Positions 44,898-54,310 of a DNA stretch of 64,000 bases are shown piece by piece. Origin of the DNA: Negativicutes bacterium (GTDB lineage: Bacteria; Bacillota; Negativicutes; UBA1444). The notes beneath the pieces were generated by a model. That model ran no database searches. It was not told where the DNA came from and worked only from the letters and a program-made list of their open reading frames with translations. Position 1 is the first letter of the stretch; each line of letters opens with the position of its first letter. The position numbers and the translations under genes were made by a program. The stretch spans positions 192,001 to 256,000 of the forward strand of contig CAXXIN010000016.1 in assembly GCA_963665275.2 (NCBI GenBank). The letters run 5' to 3'.

Positions 44898-47403
44898 CGG
44901 TCTGCGTCTCCTTGTCGTTTTTCAGCCTCTGATAAATGAATGATATGCCTAACAACACGAACCCGAAACAGAAATAGGCGAGAATCTTGTTGAACGAGGT
45001 CAGGAAGGTCAAATCGTAGATAAAGAGCTTGGTGGTGGCCAACAACGACAGCGCAAGGCCGGTGCGCCGAACGTTGGCGTATTTATGGCGGAAACCGTAG
45101 TGGATCGCTGTCAAGCCGACCAAGAGATACATGAGGCTGAAAGTGAGGTTGGTGCTGCCCAAATGGAACTGCCGTGCGAGAAATAGAGTTACATCTCCTA
45201 GTCCGAACAGCAGCAAGGCCAAAGGATAAACTTCATAACTGCGATATTGACTCTGAATCAGATTGCGAGCGATCTCTCGCACAATCCCAAACATCATTAG
45301 ATTATATGCGATCAGAACAGCTAGCGCGACATATTCCTCGGCAGTGCCATGGCTTATATTCCTGACTGCAGGAAGCACCAGGTTGATGCCCAGCACAAGC
45401 ACGACGGACAAGGCATAAAACAGCTGGCTTATTCTCGCCACGGCCTTGTCCCGGACAAGCGACCAGCGTGGCAAGAGATACGCGAGAGCCATCGTGATTC
45501 CGGCAATCAGGAGGAGATAGTAGAAGCGTTGATAATAGCCAGGAGCCATTAACTGACGGAGCAGGTGTCCGCCAATATGCATCAGATATATCCAGACATT
45601 GAAGATGGCAAAGTATTTGAACCAGTGGATTCGCATCCAGTTCTTTCCGTAGCGGGCAAAGCCGTTTTTCTGAAGATCTAAAAGGTATAACCCTGAAATT
45701 CCGACCATGCCGGTGATCACGAAGAAGTATTTGAACTCGAAGAACGGCGTTGCATGGTGCGCAAGAAAGCGTAACCAATCAAACAGATAGAAAGCACCGA
45801 TGCATAATCCGAAAATCAACAAACCGGACTTTTCCAAGCGGGCTTCATTCTTTTTCAACCCGTAGAGGACCAAGATGACCCCTTCAACCAAGAGGCCCAT
45901 GGAGGTCCAGCGAACACCAAATTGGAAAGGGACCATCAGAATCGCAAAGGTTAACGCAGTCGCATAAAACAGGCCAAGCGCATATCTTTCTTCCGGCATC
46001 CGACGCGTGACCAAACGCGCCAGAGCGGCATAAACCAAGCAGAATCCCATCGCAAGCAGGCCCTGAAAATCTCCCCAGGCGGCTTGCTTAAATAATAGGT
46101 ACAGGATGGCGCAGCTGAGCAAAGTGTTGGCTCCCAATAAAATCACGTCCACCCGCCGCAGGCTTTGACGATATTTCAGCGGATAGGCCAGGATGACGCC
46201 GAGATACGTTGAAAATGAAGCAGCTGAATACATTATGGCGATCGGTTTATCGGCCGCACCAAAGGACAGGTAGAACAGGGACGGAATATGCAGCACCATA
46301 CTAACATAATGGATAATGCTCCACCGCTGGTGGAACGAGACCAACATCACGGAAAAATTGAGGGCGAATAGGTAACCCATTGCCGCATAATAAGAGTTTC
46401 CATGCAGGCCAAATGCCGCAATATAAGTGAAGAAAGGGAGGTATCCGCCAACCAGACCCAATGCGCAGATGGTTTGGGACCGATATCTCACTGAAAGGAT
46501 AACCGATGTAGCGGTAGTCAGAACTGACAATCCGATTCCCGCATCCAGTCCGATGATCTTCAATAAAAAATAACTGTAAAATATTCCGCAGTAAATGATT
46601 GAAATGCCTCCGCCTAATAAGCCGGTCGCAAAAATATCCTTGCCTTTTCGATAAAACCATTCGCCGCCCAGCAGGAAGAGTCCACCCAAAGCGAAGATGC
46701 CTGCACCTCGCATGGAATCATTGAACCATGTTGAGTATGTGTATTGTGCGGCAGTGCCGACCCCAAGCAGGATCAGTAAGATTCCCAGCTTGTTGACCCA
46801 GTTGAGGCCGACCTTCATCTCGAGTTCATTCTGCTTGATTCGTTTCTGAGCTACCTCTGGACTAATAGGCTCGGCAGCTAATTCGTCTAGTTGTCGTGTA
46901 TTTTCCTGGGCATGGGCTGCCAGTCCCGCATTAAATTGGTCGTTGCGTGCACACAGGATCTGCATGATGGTATTTTCATATATCGACAGGTCATGAATAA
47001 TGGTTTCCATTTCTCCATCAATCTCCCGATATGAGGTTTTTTTCAGTTCCGTGACTTTTTGTTTCACCTGTGCTTCAGCGGTAGAAAGGCGGTCTGCGTG
47101 CTCTTTGGTGGCGTCGGCAAAATAGGTCCGGAGTTTTTCTCTGGATATTTTAATAATCAATAGCTTCTCATCAAGCATCTGTTCCTGTAAACTCAGTTTT
47201 AATTGGAGATTTTCCTGGGAAACCTGTCGATACTGCATTTCCAGCGCTTTGCATAGGGCAGCCGTTTCGTCGATATTCTGGCGAAGTTCCTTGTTTTCGC
47301 GCAGCACATCTATATCCTGCACTTCTCGCAGTACTCGGTCATATTCGGTCAATAATCTCTCGTGTTGTTCGCGTAGGGTATTAAGCGCCAGGCTCAATTC
47401 CAT
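44881..47403 (-). CDS. DUF2339-like polytopic membrane protein with an N-terminal coiled coil
   Basis: ELEMKVGLNWVNKLGILLILLGV and KLFIYDL..FGFVLLGISFIYQR. Confidence 0.82.
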   Translation of the reverse strand: MELSLALNTLREQHERLLTEYDRVLREVQDIDVLRENKELRQNIDETAALCKALEMQYRQVSQENLQLKLSLQEQMLDEKLLIIKISREKLRTYFADATKEHADRLSTAEAQVKQKVTELKKTSYREIDGEMETIIHDLSIYENTIMQILCARNDQFNAGLAAHAQENTRQLDELAAEPISPEVAQKRIKQNELEMKVGLNWVNKLGILLILLGVGTAAQYTYSTWFNDSMRGAGIFALGGLFLLGGEWFYRKGKDIFATGLLGGGISIIYCGIFYSYFLLKIIGLDAGIGLSVLTTATSVILSVRYRSQTICALGLVGGYLPFFTYIAAFGLHGNSYYAAMGYLFALNFSVMLVSFHQRWSIIHYVSMVLHIPSLFYLSFGAADKPIAIMYSAASFSTYLGVILAYPLKYRQSLRRVDVILLGANTLLSCAILYLLFKQAAWGDFQGLLAMGFCLVYAALARLVTRRMPEERYALGLFYATALTFAILMVPFQFGVRWTSMGLLVEGVILVLYGLKKNEARLEKSGLLIFGLCIGAFYLFDWLRFLAHHATPFFEFKYFFVITGMVGISGLYLLDLQKNGFARYGKNWMRIHWFKYFAIFNVWIYLMHIGGHLLRQLMAPGYYQRFYYLLLIAGITMALAYLLPRWSLVRDKAVARISQLFYALSVVLVLGINLVLPAVRNISHGTAEEYVALAVLIAYNLMMFGIVREIARNLIQSQYRSYEVYPLALLLFGLGDVTLFLARQFHLGSTNLTFSLMYLLVGLTAIHYGFRHKYANVRRTGLALSLLATTKLFIYDLTFLTSFNKILAYFCFGFVLLGISFIYQRLKNDKETQTDGKNE

Positions 47404-47500
47404 GAGGATGCCTCCCTTCTTATTGAAACAACGTGAGAACTGCTTTTACCATCAAGGTAAAATACGTACTGCATCATACGGCGCCTCGTTTCATACGGTG

Positions 47501-48277
47501 TTACGCCTGCTCGTTCAATGAATCACAGGGAGGCTGAACTGCCAGGATGCCCGCCGCCGCCGCAAGATGCTTCAAGCTGTGACCGCTGATCATGTGAAGC
47601 GTGCTGTTAAATATGGCTGTGTCTTGCAGCTCAAACAGTTTGGCCAAGATATATGCCAGCAGCAGTGTCCAGTACATTCGGTCGCGACTTGCCTTGGCGG
47701 GGAACAGGATAAGCACCAAAGGAAGAAGCACCATGGGCAGATATTGGATCAGGATGTACAATCTAAGGTCCCCCGCGCCCATTATTTCGCTGACCCACCA
47801 GTACACAACGCTGAAGGCTCCGACAGAAACGACAAACCGAAACATTTGCTTTCCGAAACGGCCCCCAAAGCGTTCACCGCAAATGCAAGCGACGAGGGAG
47901 CCAAAAGCCAATGTCATCGGCAGTCGATCCCAGAACAAACTGTTGTTTGAAGGCTGCCAATGGTAGTACGCAGATCCAATGCCGACGCCAACGACCGCAG
48001 CAAAGAAAAAATCCCACATGAACACCTCGAAAGAAGATCGGTTCTTTCTGTTTCTTATCAGTCCCACAATTCCTGCAATAAGAAAGCCGGCATTGGAAAT
48101 TACGTTGCCGATGTTTGGAATCCCTCCATAGCTTAGCACATCGGCGAACTGGTGGTAGGCAGGATCTTGTGCAATTGGGGCCAAAGAAAAGATCTTGTAT
48201 GTAGCAATGAAAATTACGAGCAAGATAGCGCCGCAGCGCAGTGAATACGAGTGGGTGGCATCCATTTTATAAGTCAC
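47501..48277 (-). CDS. Alkaline ceramidase-like (CREST) membrane protein
   Basis: QDPAYHQFAD, NVISN, GSAYYH, WDRLPM and SGHSLKH. Confidence 0.85.
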   Translation of the reverse strand: MTYKMDATHSYSLRCGAILLVIFIATYKIFSLAPIAQDPAYHQFADVLSYGGIPNIGNVISNAGFLIAGIVGLIRNRKNRSSFEVFMWDFFFAAVVGVGIGSAYYHWQPSNNSLFWDRLPMTLAFGSLVACICGERFGGRFGKQMFRFVVSVGAFSVVYWWVSEIMGAGDLRLYILIQYLPMVLLPLVLILFPAKASRDRMYWTLLLAYILAKLFELQDTAIFNSTLHMISGHSLKHLAAAAGILAVQPPCDSLNEQA

Positions 48278-48300
48278 AATAAACTCTCCTCACACTCAAA

Positions 48301-48348
48301 GTTAACGTTCGTTAACCTAAGTATAAAAGAGCTTGTCTACTTTGTCAA
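48301..48348 (-). promoter_or_regulatory. Consensus promoter with a palindromic operator
   Basis: TTGACA-17-TATACT (48348-48320), followed by GTTAAC-N4-GTTAAC (48301-48316). Confidence 0.8.
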
Positions 48349-48469
48349 TGTATTTCTAAAATATTTATGCCCTGCACCGCCGAAGCGCAGAAACGTAATT
48401 CGTGCATGAAGAAATCAAAAAGCAGATTTCTGGAGCAAGACCTCATTTGAACGGAGGAAAGCATTGAAC

Positions 48470-48725
48470 AGAAAAATACATGCTTGTCGTCAGCGAACCG
48501 GGCCTGTATTCTCTGGTGTTGGGATCGCGCAGGCCGGAGGCGCGGCAATTTCGCCGCTGGATTACCCACGAAGTCATTCCGGTGCTGCGATCAGGCGGGA
48601 GTTATTCTTTGCCCGTTCCTTCCGCCACCGGGCAACTGATTCAATTCTCCCGGCGCGATCTGCTCAATTTGGCCGTGGAAGCTGAAACGGAATGCGAGGA
48701 ACTGCGCGGCGCGCCGGAGAGCTGA
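48470..48725 (+). pseudogene. BRO-N phage antirepressor fragment
   Basis: VSEPGLYSLVLGSRRPEARQFRRWITHEVIP. Confidence 0.8.
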
Positions 48726-48829
48726 TGAAGCCGCGAAAAGCTGGATTCGTTCGAACGCGTTGACAGTTTTTCGCCGCCCGTTCTATACTTAAGGCAGGCC
48801 AAGGCCAATACTATTGTCGTTGGGATTGA

Positions 48830-49075
48830 ACTCGCGAATTTCATCTATGTCGGCGAACTGAATGTGTTGCATCCGTTTCGTGAGGGCAACGGTCGGGCGC
48901 TGCGCGCTTTTTTGCGAGAACTGACTTTGCAGCAGGGTTTGTTGCTGCGATTCGAAAAACTGGATCCCGAGGACTGGCTGCAGGCCTCCATCGCGGCCTA
49001 TACCGGTGACTTGTCGAAAATGCAGGCGCTGCTGGCGCGAATCGTCGAACCGATAAAGAAACCTGATTCACGTTG
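48830..49075 (+). pseudogene. Fic domain C-terminal fragment
   Basis: ELNVLHPFREGNGRALR; the N-terminus is absent. Confidence 0.8.
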
Positions 49076-49084
49076 TTCCACGCT

Positions 49085-49197
49085 CCCTCACGTCCGTACC
49101 TCCGGCCCGTCCATTTTGGTGGCGGGCTTCGTCTTTTGCTGCGCGTCAGACGTGGAATCAACGATGACCGCTGTCGGCGCATGCACTTGCCACCGGG
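49085..49197 (+). repeat. Direct repeat copy 1 (hairpin-containing), upstream of the serine hydrolase
   Basis: CCCTCACGTCCG..GCCCGTC..GTGGCGGGCTTCGT..TTGCCACCGGG; similar to 50393-50506. Confidence 0.7.
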
Positions 49198-49323
49198 CAG
49201 CCTCGCCTTGCACTGTCGCATTCATTTCAACTGGTATTCTTTGCAGAGCGTTTGCAGGAATTTGCTGTGCAATGACCGAAGATACCTCTGTCTTCAAAAT
49301 AACGAAGATGAGGAGGATTGGCC

Positions 49324-50361
49324 ATGAAAAAATTTCTCAGCCGACTCTTATTCATTTTGATACTGTCTTTCTATCTACCAGCATCTGCCGAATCGGTTTT
49401 CCCTGGCGACAGCTGGGTTCAGGTTGAATCGCCGGAAAGTGTAGGCTGGTCAACTGGAAAACTTAAGATCGTTGGTGATTACGCTTTATCGACTGGCACG
49501 CAGGGCCTAATGATCATTCAGGGCGGAAAAGTAGTATATACCTATGGCAACGTTCAAGAACAATCGTATTTGCATTCTGTAAGAAAAAGTTTGCTCAATG
49601 GACTGATTGGTATATTTGTTGAATCTGGCAAAATTGATCCCCAAAGCACTCTTGAATCCCTGGGTATTGATGACTCACCACCTGCGTTGACCCAAACGGA
49701 AAAACAAGCACGCATAATTGACCTGTTGAAAGCACGATCCGGAGTGTATCACGCCGCAGCCGCCGAAACCCAAAGAATGAAAGAATTGCGTCCACTGCGC
49801 GGTTCCCATGCCCCTGGAAGCTATTGGTACTATAACAATTGGGATTTCAATGTATTGGGCGTAATTTTCGAAAAGAATACGAAGCAATCCATTGGGAAAG
49901 CATTTTTTGATACAATCGCACAACCTATTGGGATGCAGCAATTCAGTCCCAATTCAGTAGATTATCAAAAATCAACCGATTCAATTCATCCAGCTTATCG
50001 TTTTAAAATGAGCACACAGGATATCGCGCGTTTTGGACTGCTTTACTTGAACTATGGAGTGTGGAAAGACAAACAACTGATTCCTAAAAAATGGATTATC
50101 GACAGCACGACATCCTACTCAAATGCAAGCCCGGGTGTCGGCTATGGTTATATGTGGTGGCTTCCGACCAATGTAATCTACGGACAGGCGATCCCCGGCG
50201 TGGCTTGGCGTGCCGAAGGTGTTGGCGGTCAATATATCATCGTGATTCCCTCAATGGATTTAGTCGTTGCACATTTATCAAAATTTGACTCCACAGGTAT
50301 CGATTCTTATCCTACATTCAGAAATCTATTTCGTTTAATTCTCGAAGCACGTATGAATTAA
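49324..50361 (+). CDS. Secreted serine hydrolase, beta-lactamase/AmpC-like family
   Basis: Signal peptide, SVRK (SxxK), YNN (YxN) and YGYMWW. Confidence 0.88.
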   Translation: MKKFLSRLLFILILSFYLPASAESVFPGDSWVQVESPESVGWSTGKLKIVGDYALSTGTQGLMIIQGGKVVYTYGNVQEQSYLHSVRKSLLNGLIGIFVESGKIDPQSTLESLGIDDSPPALTQTEKQARIIDLLKARSGVYHAAAAETQRMKELRPLRGSHAPGSYWYYNNWDFNVLGVIFEKNTKQSIGKAFFDTIAQPIGMQQFSPNSVDYQKSTDSIHPAYRFKMSTQDIARFGLLYLNYGVWKDKQLIPKKWIIDSTTSYSNASPGVGYGYMWWLPTNVIYGQAIPGVAWRAEGVGGQYIIVIPSMDLVVAHLSKFDSTGIDSYPTFRNLFRLILEARMN

Positions 50362-50392
50362 CAATTATTACATTATTGGCTTCGCTCCGATC

Positions 50393-50506
50393 CCCTCACG
50401 TTCGCTCTCCAGCCCGTCACATTTCGTGGCGGGCTTTCGTTTTTTGCCGCCTTCCGGGCGATACCAACCGCACCCAATGGAAACAGCACTGGGATTTGCC
50501 GCCGGG
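50393..50506 (+). repeat. Direct repeat copy 2, downstream of the serine hydrolase
   Basis: CCCTCACGTTCG..GCCCGTC..GTGGCGGGCTTTCGT..TTGCCGCCGGG. Confidence 0.7.
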
Positions 50507-50741
50507 TTGCGCTACTGAATTCCCATAGTTTTTTCCCATGATGCCATGCGTGGCCGTCTGAAGCTGTTGAAAATACTTCTTTCTGTTTGTTTTGGAAATG
50601 GAATACCGGTTCAATGGAATCAATTGTTTGCATGAGGAAAGCCTCCTTTGCTTTTTATGCCGCTTAGTTACCCTCTCTCTATGGCATGTTATAATATAAA
50701 TAATTGAGCGAATCCTGCGCCGCAGGAGGAGGAATGAGCGA

Positions 50742-51476
50742 GTGGGTTCAGAAGATGCCAACCCTTGCAGAGTAATTTGCGAGAAACGAATTTGGCAAAA
50801 AAATCCTATCGAGCATGTGCATGACTATGCTCAACTCATCTTGCCGGTTCATGGCGCGCTGAGTATTTCTGTGGAAGGAACCCTCGACAAAACCATCCAG
50901 AATGAAGTGGTATTTGTTCCACCACGAGCCGTTCACACCTTCTCCTCATGTGAGAAAGGCAACGTCATTGCTTTTGATATCCAAGAGGATTGGAATAGGC
51001 AATGGCAAAACGTTAAAGGGTTTGCGCGCGAGATCGACAGGACATGGATGGCGCTGAGAACTTTGATAGAATATGAGCTGGCGAATGGACCTCGCCATTC
51101 TTTACAACTTGAAAAACTTGGCGATTACGCTGTACATTTGCTGGCTCTGTCTGAACCCCAATCCATTCGCTATATCAGGGAAAATTTCCGTGAATCTTTG
51201 AAAGTATCGTTTTTGGCGGCAATGGAAAACTTCAGTGTCGGCCACTACCATAAATGGTTCATTCGTCATACAGGCGCAACGCCAGTTGAATATATCCAGC
51301 GCCTACGAATCGAACGGGCCAAAGAACTCTTGCTAACAAGCGATATGTCTATTCATCACATTGCCTGGGATGTCGGATACACCAACCAAGCTACCCTGAG
51401 CCGCCTATTTGCCGAAGATATCGGGTTGTCTCCGGTAGCTTATCGAAGCAAGATGCGAGAATCGGTCAAAAACTGA
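50742..51476 (+). CDS. AraC family regulator with a cupin domain
   Basis: HVHDYAQL, TGATPVEYI..RIERAKELL and IAWDVGY..GLSP. Confidence 0.9.
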   Translation: MGSEDANPCRVICEKRIWQKNPIEHVHDYAQLILPVHGALSISVEGTLDKTIQNEVVFVPPRAVHTFSSCEKGNVIAFDIQEDWNRQWQNVKGFAREIDRTWMALRTLIEYELANGPRHSLQLEKLGDYAVHLLALSEPQSIRYIRENFRESLKVSFLAAMENFSVGHYHKWFIRHTGATPVEYIQRLRIERAKELLLTSDMSIHHIAWDVGYTNQATLSRLFAEDIGLSPVAYRSKMRESVKN

Positions 51477-51551
51477 ACACAAACTCCCACATCCCATTGC
51501 CTACACTCTGCTACAATCGTGGCAGAGCTTTCTTTTGGGAGGAAATGAAGA

Positions 51552-52430
51552 TTGGCTAAGAATTCCACTTTGCTCAGCCTGCTTTGCGTTTTGGCTGCAG
51601 CCATGCTCTGGGGTACGACGGGAACCATTCAAGGCCTGCTGCCGTCCAGCCGTAATCCTGTCGTTGTGGCGGCAGTTCGAGTTTTGCTGGGAGCTACGGC
51701 TCTGTGGCTGTTTTGCCTAGTTAACGGAGTATCAATCAAGGCGCTTCTTGGGTTGCCCCGTTGGCGTATCTTCGGAGCCGGAACCGCTATCGCCAGTTAT
51801 AATCTGTTCTTCTTCGCCGGTGTCGCTCATGCCGGGGTCGGCGTAGGCACCGCTATCGCCATCGGTAGCGGCCCACTTTGGGTTTTGGCCTATGAGATTA
51901 TTTTCTCTGCGCGACGCACTTCATCCCGCAGTCTTACAGGGCAAGCAACTGCCATTGCGGGGCTGGCAATTTTGGTAATGGGAGACATGCAAGGACAAGT
52001 GTCGTTCCTTGGTTATGCGCTGTCCTTGTTAGCTGGCTTATCTTATGGAACCTATGTTTATCTCACTGGCGGGATTAGCAAGGAAACTAATTCCGCCCTG
52101 GTTGCCGCGACTACTTTCAGTGTAGCCAGTATTGTCTTGTCGCCAAGCCTGTTTTTGCTTTCAACGGCTTGGATCGACTACCGAAGTTTCGGTTATTTGG
52201 CTTTTTTAGGAATCGCCTCCACAGGCGTAGCCTTCTTCCTTTTCACTTATGGGTTACAACGGATTTCCGCATCTACGGCTGTAACATTGACCTTGGCAGA
52301 ACCTCTCACCGCTTGGTTTTTGGCAACGACTATTTTGGGCGAACCCGTGACTTTACCGAAAGTGATAGGAGCCGTCCTGCTGGTAGTCGGAATCCGAATC
52401 GTCGCTGGTGCGTCTAAGTCCTCTGAATAA
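51552..52430 (+). CDS. EamA/DMT family transporter
   Basis: LWGTTG, about 10 TM segments and AEPLTA..LGE. Confidence 0.9.
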   Translation: MAKNSTLLSLLCVLAAAMLWGTTGTIQGLLPSSRNPVVVAAVRVLLGATALWLFCLVNGVSIKALLGLPRWRIFGAGTAIASYNLFFFAGVAHAGVGVGTAIAIGSGPLWVLAYEIIFSARRTSSRSLTGQATAIAGLAILVMGDMQGQVSFLGYALSLLAGLSYGTYVYLTGGISKETNSALVAATTFSVASIVLSPSLFLLSTAWIDYRSFGYLAFLGIASTGVAFFLFTYGLQRISASTAVTLTLAEPLTAWFLATTILGEPVTLPKVIGAVLLVVGIRIVAGASKSSE

Positions 52431-52448
52431 CAAGTGGTTTTCCCTGCC

Positions 52449-52661
52449 GGGGTCGCCTCTGCGGTTTTATCTGAATTAGAGAAACATGCCGTTTAGAATG
52501 ATGTGTTGCTTCTATCGACTCACGCCTCAATCACTTCCAAACCGTTTTTTGCAGCAAAGGGTTATTGGGTTGTAAGAGAACAACAAATCGAACGAGAAGA
52601 CCAAGTATTAACGAATTTTGTCATGGAAAAGCATCTCCAATCATCCGCAGCTTTTTTTTGA
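52449..52661 (+). pseudogene. GNAT acetyltransferase (YafP-like) C-terminal remnant
   Basis: GVASAVLSELEKHAV*..STHASITSKPFFAAKGY..NFVMEK, with an internal TAG. Confidence 0.7.
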
Positions 52662-52739
52662 ATCACAAACTCTATTGATTCGCAGCCCGGACCCTCCGGG
52701 CTGTTTTTATTTGCCCATCTTCCCGGCCAGCGCCAACAC

Positions 52740-53481
52740 TGAGAAACTGGAAAAGCTTTCGCCCCGTACCGTGTTGATGCTGCATCACTTCTTGAAATCA
52801 AGCTTGCAGCAAGCCGTAGAGGATGCAGTCCTTTACCGCAACCCGGCAGGGCCCCTCAAGCGCCCACGGATGAAGGCGAAAGCCGATAAGTTCTTGGAAA
52901 CGGCGACTGTGCGCAAGCTGCTGCAAGACGCCAAAGGCTACCAGAAAACACTACTGCTGCTTGCCTGGACATCAGGCATGCGCCGCGAAGAAATCTTAGG
53001 GCTTTGTTGGTCAGACTTCAAAGCAGGGAATATCACGGTACGTCGTTCCGTGAAAAAAGGTCGGATTTTATCAACGGAACATAAAACGCCGTCCGCATAC
53101 CGGACGATTCCGCTACCGGCAGAAACCATCCGGGCACTGGCGGACAAAGAAAAAGACAAACCCCAAGTAGTCAATATGACTACTCCGGATTTGATCTTTC
53201 CGGCTGAAGACGGCAAACCCATCGAACTGATGGTATTGACCCGGTATTTTTCCAGACTTTGCAAACGCTGCAAAGTTGCAGCGACGCTTCACGATCTCAG
53301 GCATACTTACGCAACCAATCTTGCTATCGCTGGCGTGCATCCCGCTAGGGCCCAATATCTGCTCGGGCATTCCAAAGCCCAAATGACCCTGAACTGCTAC
53401 ACTCATATTCGCGGTGGCGATATGACGGGGATCGCAGAAATCGTGGAAAAATCAATGGTAGTCAAGGCAGTAGTCAAATGA
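52740..53481 (+). pseudogene. N-terminally truncated phage-type tyrosine integrase
   Basis: SGMRREEILGL, KT, HDLRHTYAT, LGHS and YTH; no RBS or N-terminal arm-binding domain. Confidence 0.85.
53458..53477 (+). repeat. Integrase arm-type repeat pair
   Basis: GTAGTCAA at 53458 and 53470. Confidence 0.65.
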
Positions 53482-53548
53482 CCGCTTGAACGGCACCGTC
53501 CGGATAAAAAGAAAAACGCCACAGTAACTGCAGCGTCTAACGTTTGCT

Positions 53549-53594
53549 TGGTGGGGGCATACTGGTTTCGAACCAGTGACCTCTTGAATGTAAG
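53549..53594 (-). mobile_element. att core: 3' half of a tRNA (Val-like)
   Basis: Minus strand CTTACATTCAAGAGGTCACTGGTTCGAAACCAGTATGCCCCCACCA contains the T arm and CCA end; the 5' half is absent. Confidence 0.85.
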
Positions 53595-53973
53595 TTGCCC
53601 AATATTGCGAAGATGAGTGGAGACTTTTCAGTAACAGCAGGAATTCTCACGATTTAGGGCAAGATGCATTCGGATGATTCCGGAACCCATTTTTAGAAAA
53701 ATTTTTAGAAGGATTTTGCGCACTTTCACATCATCACGTATCTGAAAAGTTGTATCCGGTCCGGATAGCACCACCATAATTAAAAAGTTTCATGGAAGCT
53801 CAATTTATGAAATTGATCTTCCATTTTTTTGTTTGGCGAGACCGTTCGCGACCGCTTGAAGGTGTGAGAGGTATCTGGGCATTGGGGGGTGAAAACCTGC
53901 AACTGTTCAACGAAAGTAAAAACAGAGGATAACCTCAGAAAAATAAGGCTTTCTGACAAGTTTAACCGTAATA

Positions 53974-54029
53974 TTTGACTACCGCTAAAAATTGTCTGAT
54001 CAACAAAAGTAGTCAGTGCGGTAGTCAAA
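53974..54029. repeat. Second cluster of arm-type repeats
   Basis: TTTGACTACCGC (53974-53985) is the exact inverse of GCGGTAGTCAAA (54018-54029); GTAGTCAG at 54009. Confidence 0.65.
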
Positions 54030-54310
54030 ATCGCCGGGATTGAACTAGCCCCGGAAGATTCTTTGAATCGCCGCGACCCTGGGTCAATCCATCCCGTTTT
54101 ATTTCATCGTCGCAGAAATGAGGAGAGAAGAAAAAAGTAAAGGGCAGAAACAGCACAAAAAATATTTTGATTGCTGTATTTTTACGCCGCGCTCAGGCAT
54201 TCAAGAAATAAATTTTAATATTAGCAGGGAATGGAAAAATGAAAGAGAATTCATGAGGTAAATTATTCTTGTTAATGTCGATTATTAAATTTATTGGAGG
54301 AAGATACTTT

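Noticed and set aside
53549-53625. Complete tRNA gene
   Set aside because: Only the anticodon loop to CCA is present. The upstream sequence cannot form the D arm or pair in the anticodon and acceptor stems.
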